DNA of 64,000 nucleotides, taken from assembly GCA_965637545.1 (NCBI GenBank), contig OZ281495.1:28644001-28708000 (forward strand), read 5' to 3'. Positions within the stretch are counted from its first letter, which is position 1, and every line of letters begins with the position of its first letter. Positions 1 to 13,663 of this stretch are shown one piece after another. The position numbers and the translations under genes are program-made. Below the pieces are notes generated by a model. The model did not search any database, was not told the DNA's origin, and saw only the letters and a program-made list of their open reading frames with translations. This DNA is from Phallusia mammillata. Taxonomy: Eukaryota.

Positions 1-790
1 GTCTTTAACAGTCTGCACCGATTACCGACACAATATTGCAACCTGCGTCAAGGGTTACCTTTTTGCTAGGTGATTGTTTCAATGTCCAATTTTGTTATGC
101 AGGCACTTGTGGGTTAACCGTAACTATAGGGTGGTGTAAGTGGCCTTGTGCTTTCTCTGTCTGTAGCGGTTTCTATTTATATGATACACATTTCCCTGTT
201 TTTGAATGTGCGTCTGTGAAGCATACACTTCTGTTGATATAGGAAATATTGCATAATTTATCTTGTATTTGTCCCAGTATTTAAACTGGAAATCCCCGCC
301 CTAAATGATTAACAAAGTGGTGTAAAACGTGGGCGTTCCTGTGTTTATAACCTATACAAGTAACATGGCCCAACCCCTTAACAAGACATTTTCAACATAC
401 TTTGCATAGGACATTACAAAAAACAGCGAAAAAAGGGGTGTGTATATTGTTATGTACCGTTCATACAATGTCACACCGGCACTGTCTTGACCCCAGCACT
501 ACAAAGCCACACGGCTACTGTTTGTAAGTGTAGGTTTTGAGTCAGCCATCGTCTCACTTGCTTCCCGTACTTATCCGCGCTCTAGGAAGCCAAGGATGGG
601 AGCGTTTCCATCGAACCGCGCTTCCATGCCCCTTCGTATGTAAAACATTGACACGCGAAAAACGAAACTGATTTATTTTGTAGCTAAATGGCTGTCGAAA
701 AAACACATTTGCAATGTTTTTGAAACAGAATTCAGCAGTTGCAAAGTTTTTTTTATGTTTATTTTATGTTTTTTTTTAACCCGCCACACC

Positions 791-840
791 TGCAAAAATA
801 TACAATCTGGTATGATTTATTGCAAAAATAAACATCTGGT
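791..840. repeat. Short direct duplication (about 20 bp, 30-bp period)
   Basis: tgcaaaaatatacaatctggt at 791-811 and tgcaaaaataaacatctggt at 821-840. Confidence 0.5.
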
Positions 841-3800
841 TCAACTGAGGACAGCGGCTGTTACTGAGTTAAAATTGCTTTAACGCCAGTTCATTGCACA
901 CCTTAATATTTAACGACCTAATCTCACAAATTGTTTTACTTCGTATAGATTTAACAGCGTTCGAACAACAATTGCGGCTTACAACACCATGTCAGAACGG
1001 CATTTTCCAAGTTTTACAGCGTCGTGGTTATTTATGTCCTTGGTATTGTTCGACAACGTTGCGTACGATTCGGAGGCCCGGGAAAATAATTGGCACTTTC
1101 CAAAGCTCCTGCGTCGCTTAAATGCAAGCCCACGACGGGTTATCAAAGTCTTCCTGCGTCATAGCTGCGGCCACGGACGGATAATGTTGTTTGTTGCCAG
1201 TTTTGGGCTACTTTAATCCAATTCAGTTGCTATGATATTTTTGAGTTGTCGTTGTGGCTTACGGCGATATGGACTGAATTGGTAAATCACTTGTCAAACA
1301 TCTCATGTAGAACACTGCCGTTTAAGAAGTGATTAATGATTTTTCTCACGCACTTAAAGGGATTAGATGCATTTTAAAGAGCGGCTATTTTTTTATTTTT
1401 GCGCCCAACACACAAGCAACATGCAAAGGAAAAATTGTAAGCCTAAAAAAATTAGTTATAGGTATAGGCTAATAGGATTTACAATTGGACAGCACTACCA
1501 TGTGGAAGAAACTGATACACGTTTTAATAATATACGTTTATGATATATTTTAAACCCTAGGTAAAGATAGAAACTTTGTGTGTTAATTTAGGTATCTATG
1601 TATTAATGTAAAAATCCCCAAAGGAAAGAATATATATAGCATGACATTATATCAATGAAAAATCATGCTGCCTAAAAACACAGCAGTTTAGTCTGTCATT
1701 TTGCAGAAAAGTTTTTGTTTATCTCTTATTGTTTTACATACTAAAATAAACAAACAATTGTCTTATCTAATATTTAAAAATGCTTCAATTCCGAATTTGT
1801 TTGCAAATAATAACCTTTTTCTCTTCCCGGTGACCAAAATAGAAACAAATAACATAGTTTGTTACGTCACAAGCCTGTATGCATTCTTTAAATTGGCTTT
1901 GAATAGTGTGGGAAGGAAGGCTTGTTTTGGGCAGGAGCAATGTTTCGTGACCAAAAAGTAGTTTTCTTTCAAGTGTGTTTTGGTTTTCTGAAGAGCCTTG
2001 CGGTTCTAATGTCGTGGTATTGACTCCAGACGACAATGAAAGGTTCCAAATGGCAATAAACAAGTTGTTATGGAAACAGTACCCTAGTTACTGGGATGTT
2101 TACATTCGAACAAAAGGCTTCTTCTGGAAGGTTAATACTGGTACTTGACTTTTTTGTTTTGTAGTAACTGTGTTAATTTACTATTGTATTTTCGTCCTTC
2201 ATTTTAGGACCCATTAACAACGTGCGATAGGCTAAGAACTTGGCAATGCTTTCTAAAAACAGTTGTTTGGTAGGTATTACTTGTTTTAAACTGGAATTTA
2301 TAACATATCGTTTTGCACTATGACCAATGGTTGGTATTATTAATCCAACTGAGCCATAAATAGGACTAGCTACTTTTCTAAAATTCAAGATAGATCTTCA
2401 ATTTACCACAAAATGCAAAACTGACACAAATATATTTTGGGCAGTGGCTCTTAAAAGCTGTTTATCACGTTTGGTCTATTTGTAGTTCGATGGCAAACTA
2501 CAAGAAATGCAACCTAAGAAGTTTGCCGTTGCACTTTACCGCTCGACCGCCTGCATGCATTTGATCAATGTGCTGTAAACCAGGCTTTATTTTCGTTGCC
2601 AACAGACCAGTAAGTGGAAACGGAAGTTTTAACACAGGTCTAGTCCCTGATTTATTTTACGAATTCGAGGTGACAACCCCGGCGGTGACAGGGCAAAGCG
2701 AGCAACGTGTCAGGTTACACCCAGGCCGGCGCAAGCACAATGACTTCGATTTGATGCCAAAACTTTGCATTTGTTTTGATAGCAATCTAGATTGTGTAGT
2801 TTGCAGGCTGTGTGTTTTTTGAATTGGGCCTGTGTGGAATGGTGGGCATGCGCGAAACGGGCCTATGTTAGTTTGGTTGCTTGTTATGCATGACAATACA
2901 GTCGTATCACGTTCACTGCTTACCCACGGCTGCGCAAAGACGCAAAGGACCATCGCCGTATATAGAGTAGTCGAACTTGTTTTGTCGAATTCTTCACGAA
3001 AACCTCTGGCTCGGTGCCAAGAAATCGATGAACCTTATCCGACCTTACTAAGCCAGCGACGCAAGGTTCTAATCAAGGTTAGCTCGTGAGCTGGCAATGC
3101 TTGTCGTAGATCGTTAACGGATAGTCAATTGCTTCGGAGACCCGAGTAAGGAAGCCAGAACCAGTGTTTCCTATCCAGTGACCGAAATCTTATATCTCGA
3201 CGACTAGTCACCTTGAGACAAGGCAAACTCAAGGTTAAGTATTCGACGGTGCTGGTAGGCGGCAAAGGTCAAGGGGTGACTTGCCCTCTGGACTAGGCAA
3301 GCGGTGTAGTATGGGCAAGAAGGTCGAAGTTTTTGTTGCATTTTGTTGGAAAATATATCCTCGTTCGCACGAGCGTATCTCCCAAACGTTTCAAACTTCA
3401 AAACAAGGGCGACTTGGTGCAATGTAATTAAATTCTCCGGGCAATTAATTAAAGCGTCATTTTCAACTATTTTTCGTTGAGGTAAAAACAAGGCGTTGGA
3501 TGCAGTAAAAGTGCAAAATTGTTGCAAATCTATTATCCTCGAAGTAATATTCAGTGTTACTGAAGTATAGATGAGTTTTGCATTTTCTAAAAGTTTCTAA
3601 AACTTTTTTAGCTATTATTCGCCTAAGCATAACGATTTACGAATTTAGAGTAAGTAAAATAATGCAAATAGCATGGAGTTAAAAAAACTGCTTTTGTATG
3701 TTCGATATAATGAGTGCGGTCTCGTCTGTGGGAGTGGACTTGGGATGAAACATATTGTGTTAGATTATTGAAATTGCCTAAGAAAGCCCGTGATAAATTG

Positions 3801-4861
3801 TTAAGACGGCGCGTGCGGCGTGTGTTTTGTCCACATACACACTTCAAAAGTTGACCTCAGCACGCAAGTTTACGGTGACTAACAAGATATTGAGTACTTG
3901 ATGTGACGCCGGAGCTTCTTCAATCCATCACCAATAAGACTTGTTCAATTAATCACAAACAACTCATTTTGTCGTCGCCCTTGCTACCTTAAATGGAAAG
4001 ACCACATCGACCTGTGCGGCGAAGTTAATTAAGAGCTCAAACTTTCTTGTGTTTACCATCAATAGCCGCCAAGTTATTAACTCGAATTGCCCCGCGCGGT
4101 TTTCAGTTTCATACTGTGTGTGTTGATATAAAATTGCAGCGTGCTGTTCTGCTTGTTGTGAAACTCTTGGACAATTTTAAGATATACTAGTTACGGTAAA
4201 GATAAAAATCTCTCAATTCAGCTCATACAAAACATGTTCCTTGTTCTAACTACCTTGGAGCTGACACTCTAGTGGCCCGATGTGCTTCTGTTTCGCAAGC
4301 GAATACCTTCGTCTGTTTCACAAGCCTGTAAGCAGGTGCGCTTGCTTCGTAGTTCCCATGCTACAGTGGCGGTGTAACACTGATACTTCTGTGGGTAGAG
4401 TACCCATCGGAAACTAGCTACCGAAAAGTTTTAACCTGAAGCCGAGCATGGAGTGCATTCCGACCAACTTCAAACAGTATCATCCTCTCACGTTGCTAAT
4501 TAAAGCCTTGTTAAAAGATCTCACGATTTTTTCCCTGGATACAACTTTTGAGTGGACCAGTATCAATTGCACTCAGTTTGGGCAGGTGCTAAGCACCCGT
4601 TTTGGAACTTGTTTGGGAGCGTTTTGGGTAATTTCAGTTGACGCGGGCGCGCTTGTCAAGCTGTCAATTCATTTCCCAACTCTAAGGAGTTAAGTATCCG
4701 AGTCTGTAAACAACATGCAGTCTTGTGTTTTGTTTGGTTGTATTCATTACCTTAAGTTTGTTTTCGGTTGTGATTTACTACGGGGTAGTGTTACAAGTAG
4801 GAGACCCTTCCGAAGCTTGCACAGTATGCAGGCTCAGCGTACGTCTTGCCACGCGTTTTAA

Positions 4862-5171
4862 TCACATTCCTCAAACTGTGCATGCCGCGATGCACTAGCC
4901 CTAGCGCACTGTGAGAGATTTCCAAGTGTGTCGCGAAATATAGTGCAAAAAATCTCCGTTTTTTTAATCCGACAACGAAATACAGGCGTGCATAACAACG
5001 TTAAAAAAGTCGTTGTTTTCTAATTTGACGTAAAAAGCAATGTGAGTCGCCAAAATAAAGTTGCAAATTAACTTTTTATTGACACCTTTTTGTGTGGCAT
5101 GCAAAGTGTGCCATGAAAATAAAATTTGGTTATTTAATGCGCCACATGCTTAAGAAGTTTGAGAACTACTG
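4862..5171. mobile_element. Degenerate hAT-type MITE
   Basis: Right end gtttgagaactactg (5157-5171) matches the CAGTGGTTCTCAA-type TIR seen at 53-56 kb. The left end is eroded (tcacattcctcaaac). Internal GTGTGCC/GTGTGGC-like motifs are present. No TSD recovered. Confidence 0.45.
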
Positions 5172-8100
5172 CCTTGGTAATGGACAAAGCCACTTTTAAA
5201 CCAAAACATTACATCACAATGGCAATAAGGACATATACATTATTTGCAATGCGTGACTATCAACATTTTCGGTTGATAATAAACGACACGCCTTGGTACT
5301 TACATTTTATGGCGATGAGTCGTGTTTTGAAGCGGAGGTAAATCATAAAGCGAAACGACCTAATCCCCTTGCAACGGGTCATAAAGTGCTTCCTCGGCAC
5401 GCGAGAGGAACAAATTATCTTTTCACCTGCATGAACTCTATACTGCGTAGTCTAACCCTTAGCAATTATATACATTGAGACCAACTAGACAAATTGTTGT
5501 AATTCCAGCCTTAAGTCCGTGTTTCTTCTAATGGTCGAGTGCCCGAAAGTTTAGGTGCGAATAGTATGTGAAGAATGTATCGAGGATTGTAGGGTTTAAG
5601 TCTAACTTTAATTGGTTAATTGTACTTGCGAGATAGTGGCTGAGGATTTTTTTAAAAAGCAGTGAATGCACCGTGTAATGAAATCTAGTTGAGAATTGAT
5701 CGACCAAATTGCTATTATTGATGTTCTATTTTTGAATGTACTATACTTAATCGTTTAACTCAGTTGTACTGTACTTCATTTAGGAATGGTACGAAAAAAT
5801 GAGGATTATTTGTCTAGGTATGTTTTCTATGAAATTGAATCTGGTACTTAATTTTGTTTAAGTCAGGGACTGGTTTGGATAAAACACCACTACGATGTTT
5901 TAGACATAGTTTTAATTAATGTATATTACTAATTGATATTCGCTGATGCCAAAGCTGTTCCTACTATTTTTTTCACGTTGAACCAGCTTTTGAATGTTAG
6001 TTTTGTAAAATTATGAAAACAATGTTCTTGAATATGTTTATTTGTCTTTCCATTTATTATACAAACGATTTCTAAGTAATGGGTGACTTGCGATTTTTCA
6101 AGTCTTAAATTAAAAGCGACCAAAAACTCGAACTGGGCGCGTCTGACTTTGATCAACTCGTGACGCAGCTCATCTTCAAGTGACGGAATAATGGGCTCGG
6201 CGTTACCTGACAACGCCAACCCTATTTTGAATAGTTGAAAGTCGCAATAACTAAAGGCGGTGTCCATTGAAAACTACACTCGGTGGGCGTGGCTCCAGGT
6301 GCGAGGGGCGTGGCGCACTTGACTTCCCAACAGACAATCGCTGGAGTGCAATGAGTAGATGGTTAAAACGAGTTTTCGGTGGCTCCTCTAAACAGAAGGT
6401 CCTGAATATTTTATGTTGTGTTAAGCGGCTTGAACTTTGATTTTTATGAGAGTCTTTGGGTCTCGTTTTAAATATTGCCGTTTTGAAAAAGTTCATGCAG
6501 CCAGTTGAACTATAAATATTTTTTTGAAACGTCATTGTTGTAATACGCTTTAGCGAAAAACTAGTCTATGGATTTGTAATGCGGTCTGTTCTTTCCAAAT
6601 TGCAGCCATTTTAAATTAAGGCGGTTTGTTTATGCCTAGGTCATTTTATTCGATTTGTTTCATTAACTTGTTTGATATATCACCATCCCATGAAGATATT
6701 GAATTGCATAAAAATGGCATTTTATGTAGAAACATTGCTGTTATTTTAAACAAAACAAAACTGCAAGGGACCTAACGCAATGTTTTTGTTTGACGTTTGA
6801 ATAATAACATATGTTTTCTACATGCAACCTTTGTAGGTAGATTTGTTTTTTATTAACCTTTTTCCATTGTGTGTCTATATCCCAAAATGACGCATTTGCA
6901 TTTAAATAACGCACTTTACTTGATTTTTCGGCCTAATAAGGGCAAAAAAACACATTAGTTGAAAACAACGTTTAAACTATTACTATTTTTGCAGCATTGA
7001 GAAACTGCTTCTAAGTCTAAGTGCTCCAATTAAGAGCTGTCTGATTATTACCAAATACTAAGGCCGCAAATATGCGAGAGATTGACTTGGACTTGACTCT
7101 CGCGAGTGTGGGTTAAGAAATGCGACGTAATCTGGATAAAAACGGCGAAATGATACGTTACCTGTGCCGTGAACGTACCTCCTCGCTCATCCATCATAAC
7201 CGACCTGCAATAGTTAATTGTTCGCCTCATCACTGCACAGTCATCGTACGAAAAGCACGGGAGCGCGTTTTGAGTGAGTAACAAAGCGTTTTTGCCTCTG
7301 CAAGACCATATAGGGCTGCCCGTCACCTATAGATCACCAAAAACAGAGTAATGTGTTGTAGCAGCGTGCCAAATGACTTAAGTGTCGCAGGTGGAAACAT
7401 ATGCGTTGGTAGCGTAATAGCGGGTTGCATGCTTTAGTCGTTTTGCCTCGACTCGGCCGACTTCAAGTGCTATTAACTAACCGCTGTGTTTTGACATTAC
7501 GTAATTTTGTCAACCACTGACGTCACTGGCGCATATGTTGTTGTCGGTAAGTTTAGAAGGTGATGTAATGCAGTATTGCCGAAATAAGGTCGAGTCACGT
7601 AGAATTTTTCTCTTTTTTCTTGGCTTGAAATGTAACGTTGTATATCAGGCAATATGGAGAAAACAATCCCCATGTGTTAAAAGTCCATGGTACTTTTAGT
7701 ATTTTTTTCAAGGATGAAAAATATAGGGAGGTTGTTTCAGAGGTTAAAACGGCTGTAAAAAAACAAACTTACTTGTCGGCGAATGTTTTGACAAAAAAAA
7801 ACTTCCTTAATCATTACCCAATTCCGAAAATGTTAATTTCTCTCCACATAAGGCACCAGTAACGCTCTTTTTGAGTGCAGGTCAATGCTAATCTTAGAAA
7901 TGGAAAGTAATACTTATTGCGTTGTCGATCAAAATACGTTGATTCGTAACCTTACTAGTACTTATAAAATTCTTGCCGCAGCCGTGATGGCTTCCGACAG
8001 ATTCGTTAAACAACCTGTATTTGTGTGCATTCCTTACGATTAACGCCCCCCGGCCAAATCGACTGGATTTTTTTCACAAAGTCAAAACCTGCGTGAACTA

Positions 8101-11100
8101 TCGAAAATAATTGTCTAATTGCTTATTTCCGTATCAGTTATTCCTCTTGTTTTCGTACGCCAGTGCTTTCCACCCTGTGGGTTGGTTCGAGTAAACTTTG
8201 GGTATCGTAGCCTTAATATATGAATATAAACTATTAAGAGTCCGCTGTTACCAAAAGGTTGGGAAATACCGTCTTATGCATACAATATGTGCGTTATGCA
8301 GTTTTTGGCATAATGTTATTTCTTACCGTCTTAAGATTTCTTTAACTCGATTGACATTGGCTAATCTAAACCGTTAAATGCATTGTTTATAAGTTTAGTT
8401 GCTGTACAGTTTGTTTTTGCACTAGCTGCAATATTTATACCTATATTTCTCCTTTTGTAAAGCAAACTTAATTGTATGTACTTTGGAGGGACTATACAAA
8501 TTAACATTATTTGCAAAACCGCGCAACTCTTAGCACAATAACGGATAAGGTCGCAGTCAGTTTACAGCTTGGGTACAATTATACAGGATAAGAATTTTTG
8601 GTGTCAATTTGAGCCATGGAACAGCAGAACCAACCATTAAAGCTTTTCGTTGACATTGTGGCTTAACGAGTATCAAAAAAGCGGTTAGTGAGGCTGTAAT
8701 TTTCCGTCTGGTTTTGTCATTTCCCGCCGTTGTTGATGGATGAATTTCATTCAGAATCTTTTCAGACGCATCAGAGCTATATTGTAACTGTTGTGTAATT
8801 GTTAGGTTAGTTTCGGACCAACTGTCTCATTTTCTGTGGGCCCTTAGGTATGTTTTCCTGATATAACTCTCAAACTTTTTTGATTTTTTTAATGATGTCA
8901 TCATATTACCTTTGATTAATGTATTTTTTCGTTGGCAAATTTAAAAAAGCAAAAAGACTGACTTTTTGCTTGCATTGTTCTGTTTGCAAAGTTCACATGT
9001 GTATTATCTCAAGTGTGGTTGGAGCGTCATGGAAATCATATCTGTTTGGGGAGTCAGAAACACATTATCTACCTGTGACTAGGATAAGATTATTTGTCAC
9101 ATTTGAAAAGAGCCTCTGTGTCCTAATGAATATATTCTGCTGTTGATAATGAACTCTGAAAACAGTAACATCACGAAATGTTGTCTGCCAGTAGTCTTTT
9201 TATTGAGCAAAGGTTTCAAAAACAATTGACATCATCAGAGAAAATGAATAATGCACAAGCGGAAAGTTACTTTCTTTGAAAACAAATAAATGACAATTTA
9301 TGTATCAAGTGATTGTAAACTGGTTTAAAAAGTTTTTTTGCTGTCTTGTGTGTCTATGAAGTCACCCTATTTACTTACAGCAAAGTATTGTTTTGTTCAC
9401 TGCAAAACACGATTTGAAAATTAAAAGTGGGAAACTTACTTACACTTGCGCAATCAAATTAGTCACCAAATGATAAAAAATTCTCATAAAAATAAATAAA
9501 ATATGCCAATCTCCCTAATCGCATGAATCACGTGTTTCACACTAGAACATTAACCCTAAAAACGCAAATTCACAAAACATCCATATTAGGAGAAGTCGGG
9601 TAAGGAGAATTGCAATTTAGGTGAAGTAACTCGGACTTTTTATCACGTGAATGCTTGTGATGCGTCAAATGCCGGTGATAAGGTTTGGTAATGTTATTCT
9701 TACCTACGCGATAGTGACAGTCATAAATGTGTGAAACTTTGCGCGGATTTTAGAATGATTCACATATTACAAGTGGAATTAGTTGTTTGATAAAGTGTAG
9801 GTGGTAAATTTGTGCTAGATTCACAGCAAAAAAAATATTTCCTTCAATGAGCAAAAAACGTTGACTATTGCATGTTAAAAACAAAAACTGTGATTTAATG
9901 ATTCTTTTTTAAGCTTTAAACTGCGAAAAACAGCAATAATATATACAACATCAATTTATCAATTCTGCTTCCTTTTTAGGCTTTCTGTTTCGTAAAAGTT
10001 GATCACCATAAATGTAACTTCCCGTTTGTTCAAGTTTAATCACAGATTGTTTTATATTAAAGGCAAATAATACTCATCGTAGGAGCCGTGAATTTACTTT
10101 CTGTTGTGCCCAAAATTTATTTGTACATCCAGTCACAATTCATTGACATATGGCACGCGAAATATCCAACTGAATAATTTCCTTTCATAAATCCCAAATT
10201 AAAATACACAGAGGTATTGGCAGCGTACCAAATCATCTTGTTATTATCGACTGCGAGGCAGATGTCGTCTTATTTGCTCGCTATCAGTTGGCCACAAGCA
10301 CACGCCAGATGTTATTGCTCCTCGTTTACCCAACGCAGGCAAGCGTGACGCGCTACGTTTTTTTACGCGTTACAACCTGTGCCCTATAGAGCGGCGGCCA
10401 GCAACTAACAAGGTGCCGACTTAGAGTCACGAAAGTTCAAAGCTTTTGTTCTATTGCTGCTTGAACGGCTGTTGTTTAAAACTTGCCCAGTATGCACAGC
10501 AATAAAGGATGTAACAGCAAGTAATTAAAGCGGGTTGGTTTCACTGTACATGTGTATGTGGCCAAGTGCCAAGCTTATCTAATATCAGGCAGTAAACCTT
10601 TATAACAGTACATAATGTACAATGTACTGTGAAGAATCGTAGTCCATTATTGTATTTATGCAACCCGTGTTAGTTTTTGTTTTGACAAAGTTGGTTTTTA
10701 ACTAGAGCCTTGGGCGATCCTAAATAACAATCGACGTGTTTACATAACTTAGCCAGGGGTAACCGAGTGCTGTAATTCGAGCACGAACGCTTTGAAATCA
10801 AGTCGTATTTGATACTGTCCTTTTCAGCAGCTGACAAACCATTGCCAGGAGTAGAAAAACAGTTTTAACTTTGTCTCTCATCTAGTACAGTGATTGTCAG
10901 AAAGCCAGAAATGCAGAAGACTAAATTTAAACATTAGATCTGCCTTTAAAACCGGGATACACAAAGTAGGTGAATTCAAAAGTTATCACTAGAGAGGTTG
11001 TATATGCTGTAAAGTTGCAAGGATAACAAAATCAGCGATTTCTGTTCAATATAAGTTCCTTGGTGTAAGCAATGTTATAATATGGGTAAATACAGATGAG

Positions 11101-11210
11101 TTAGTATTGTTTAAGTCCTTACTTACTTTACTACACAATACAGAGAGTACTGCTTATGACATTTTAGTCACAATAGGTGATGTTACCTTCTCTTGACTTC
11201 TTTTACTAGC

Positions 11211-11372
11211 ATGTGTTTGACGTTGGGTGGTTTATCGGGCGAATACCTGCCCGAGGAGGCTGATTATGATATGATTTACGCAAAAGGAATGACGCGTATG
11301 TTAACCCTCAAAGATGAACAAGATATGTGGGATTGTACCTTGCGCAACAAACCGGGCTATCCACGTGGATAA
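11211..11372 (+). CDS. Candidate small ORF or orphan coding exon, 53 aa, unknown product
   Basis: A strong pyrimidine tract and AG (ttaccttctcttgacttcttttactag) is followed directly by C-ATG. Translation: MCLTLGGLSGEYLPEEADYDMIYAKGMTRMLTLKDEQDMWDCTLRNKPGYPRG*. I found no partner exons. Confidence 0.3.
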   Translation: MCLTLGGLSGEYLPEEADYDMIYAKGMTRMLTLKDEQDMWDCTLRNKPGYPRG

Positions 11373-13510
11373 GCTTATAAAGCTTGAGTATATAAGTAGC
11401 AAGGAACGTTGGCTACATTTTTCAGACCACCGGCTCGAAACAGACAGTCGTTTGGAACAAAAATAGGAAAAAATTATAACATGTCAAGTTAGAATACGAC
11501 AGTGTTTAACATGTTTTGGTAGAAGTCCATATTTTGCTCGTTGTGGCTGTTATGCTGACCATAAGTTATCTTGTTTTGTTCATTGTATGTGTGGATTGTT
11601 ACGTTTTCGCGTACAAGTGCAGCAGTTATTAAAAATGTTGAAGAACCATCATAGATTTGCAAGGTACAAAAGACGTTTCTATTCCGTATAGTATCCTACG
11701 TGTAGTACTTTGGGTGGTTTCCATAAATGCGTTTCAACTTTTGGCATATCAATAGCGTTTGATACAAGGTTGTAAAATAGCAATAAATTGAAATGTTATC
11801 GGAATCTGATGTGCGTTTTCAGACGAAACAATGTGTGGGAATAGAGTATTTCTAGCTCGTTTTCCCAATTTTCGATTCCTTGCTTCTCTCTATCACCGTA
11901 AGAGACGTATACTTGGTCGCCAGACGGCTACTTCGACAATTAAGTGCGCTGATGTAATCAAAATACAAGTGGTACTTCACCATTGCACTTGTGTAGTCGG
12001 TCGTGTTTTGTCCGCTTGAGAGGAACTGGGCGACCACAGCGTCTGTTTCTCCCTACACCAGCAAAATTGCGCAGAAAGGAATGCCGAGGAAATAATACAG
12101 ATTGTTCGACAACTTGTGAACGAGATATTATCTTGTCTTCTGATAGGTGAATAATTAAACCCAATGACGCTGTCGCTTGTTTCCCATAGCATTAAAATCC
12201 CTTTTCGGTCGCAACACAGGTATTCATTGCGTGGAATTTTAAAATAGTATTGAAAAGTTGTGATAAAATATGTTAAATTCTATTCAGTCCTTGTTATTAC
12301 AAAACGAACGGTTATGTGCGGCTTTGGCAAAAGTTTAACAAAATTTGTGGTTCAACTGATGTGATTCTGAACAAAATACTAGTTGTTTTTTACGAGCTTG
12401 TAATTTTGCTGATGCCAGAATGGTGCAAACTTTGCACATAATGCATTATGTATGTGACATTTGTAACGGAACTAATTAAGCAGAGGCTCGTTGTGGTGCC
12501 CTGGTATTGTTTTGATTCAAGATAAAGTTTGGAGATGAAGCTTTGCGATTGGGGAACTAAAATAGCTCTGAATTTGACCTGACCCATGTGTCGTGATAAT
12601 AACAGTATCTTTGTCTATGCGCAAAGGCTAACTTTGACATATTGCTGGTGTAAAGGACTGACGCGAGCCGCGCTTGTGCAGACAGCTTTTTTGACACGAT
12701 ACGTATTAAGAAACCATAAATCTGAAAGGTTACAAGTACGCATGCCGGATTTTTCAAGTGTTTGCATCAAAAAATTGAAACATCCGGTGGAAAATGGGCC
12801 AACAACACAAGTTGTTTTGTCCAATCGCGGAACCGCTGTTTTTGCATTGTGTACGAATATGTGCGCTGTACGTTGCCGTTGGATCCGCAACAATGCGCGA
12901 CTTTGTTCAGCGAAACAACGTTCAGACCGATCGCGGCGTTTTATCCCGTCTATCTACTTTGGCCTTTAGCGGGCGGATTTACATTCCGAATCGGCGAGAA
13001 GGAAAATGTCACGCCGCAAAGGCGCGCGTCCAACGCTTCAGGCTACGATATTCATCTCTAATTTTCGACTAAACGCTTCCGCATTGGTAAGACTGTGGAT
13101 GCTCCAGGTCTCCTCGGCCGCATGTCTAAGTATCCACAGGTCACGACCAGATTGCACGCATTTTGATTGTTGACTTGTCGCGGAGTTAGGCGGTGTACAC
13201 GGCGGAAACGATGATAATCCGCTTTCGCGAGTCGCCCCTTTGTCCAACGCGATCTGATCTGTCTCGACGCACGTTGCTAATGGGATGGCACGGTTTCTTC
13301 CACTGATGTTGTGCTACGCGAGTTCGAAGTTTAAGATTCCATATCGTGGAGTTTGTTTTTATCAGTATACCCCAAACCCGGAGTCGTGACTGCTCGGCTT
13401 GTAGCTGTCACAGTTCTTGGTGATAAGCTCGGGGTCTTTTCCGTTGTGTGAAACAAAGTTTCCATTCAGTCTGCTGAATGCTGATGCCCAAATATGAACT
13501 GTATATTATG

Positions 13511-13663
13511 AACTGGTTTGTCAATGATTTAAATGTTTGTTATAGCATTGTATGAAATTTTAATCAGATTGTTGCGCAAATTTGTGTCGAATGTTATAAA
13601 CTGGTATATCAATGATTTAAATGTTTGTTATACCATTGTATGAAACGTTAATCAGGGTTGTTG
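13511..13663. repeat. Two-copy tandem duplication, 88-bp period
   Basis: aactggtttgtcaatgatttaaatgtttgttatagcattgtatgaaattttaatcagattgttg at 13511 recurs with few substitutions at 13599. Confidence 0.85.

Noticed and set aside
5929-6535. Two overlapping minus-strand ORFs (94 and 112 aa) as a frameshifted gene
   Set aside because: No recognisable motif or splice support; ORFs of this length are expected by chance in 64 kb.
11852-12055. Minus-strand frame GETDAVVAQFLSSGQNTTDYTSAMVKY...
   Set aside because: Protein-like by eye, but no family match, only a weak acceptor and no partner exons.
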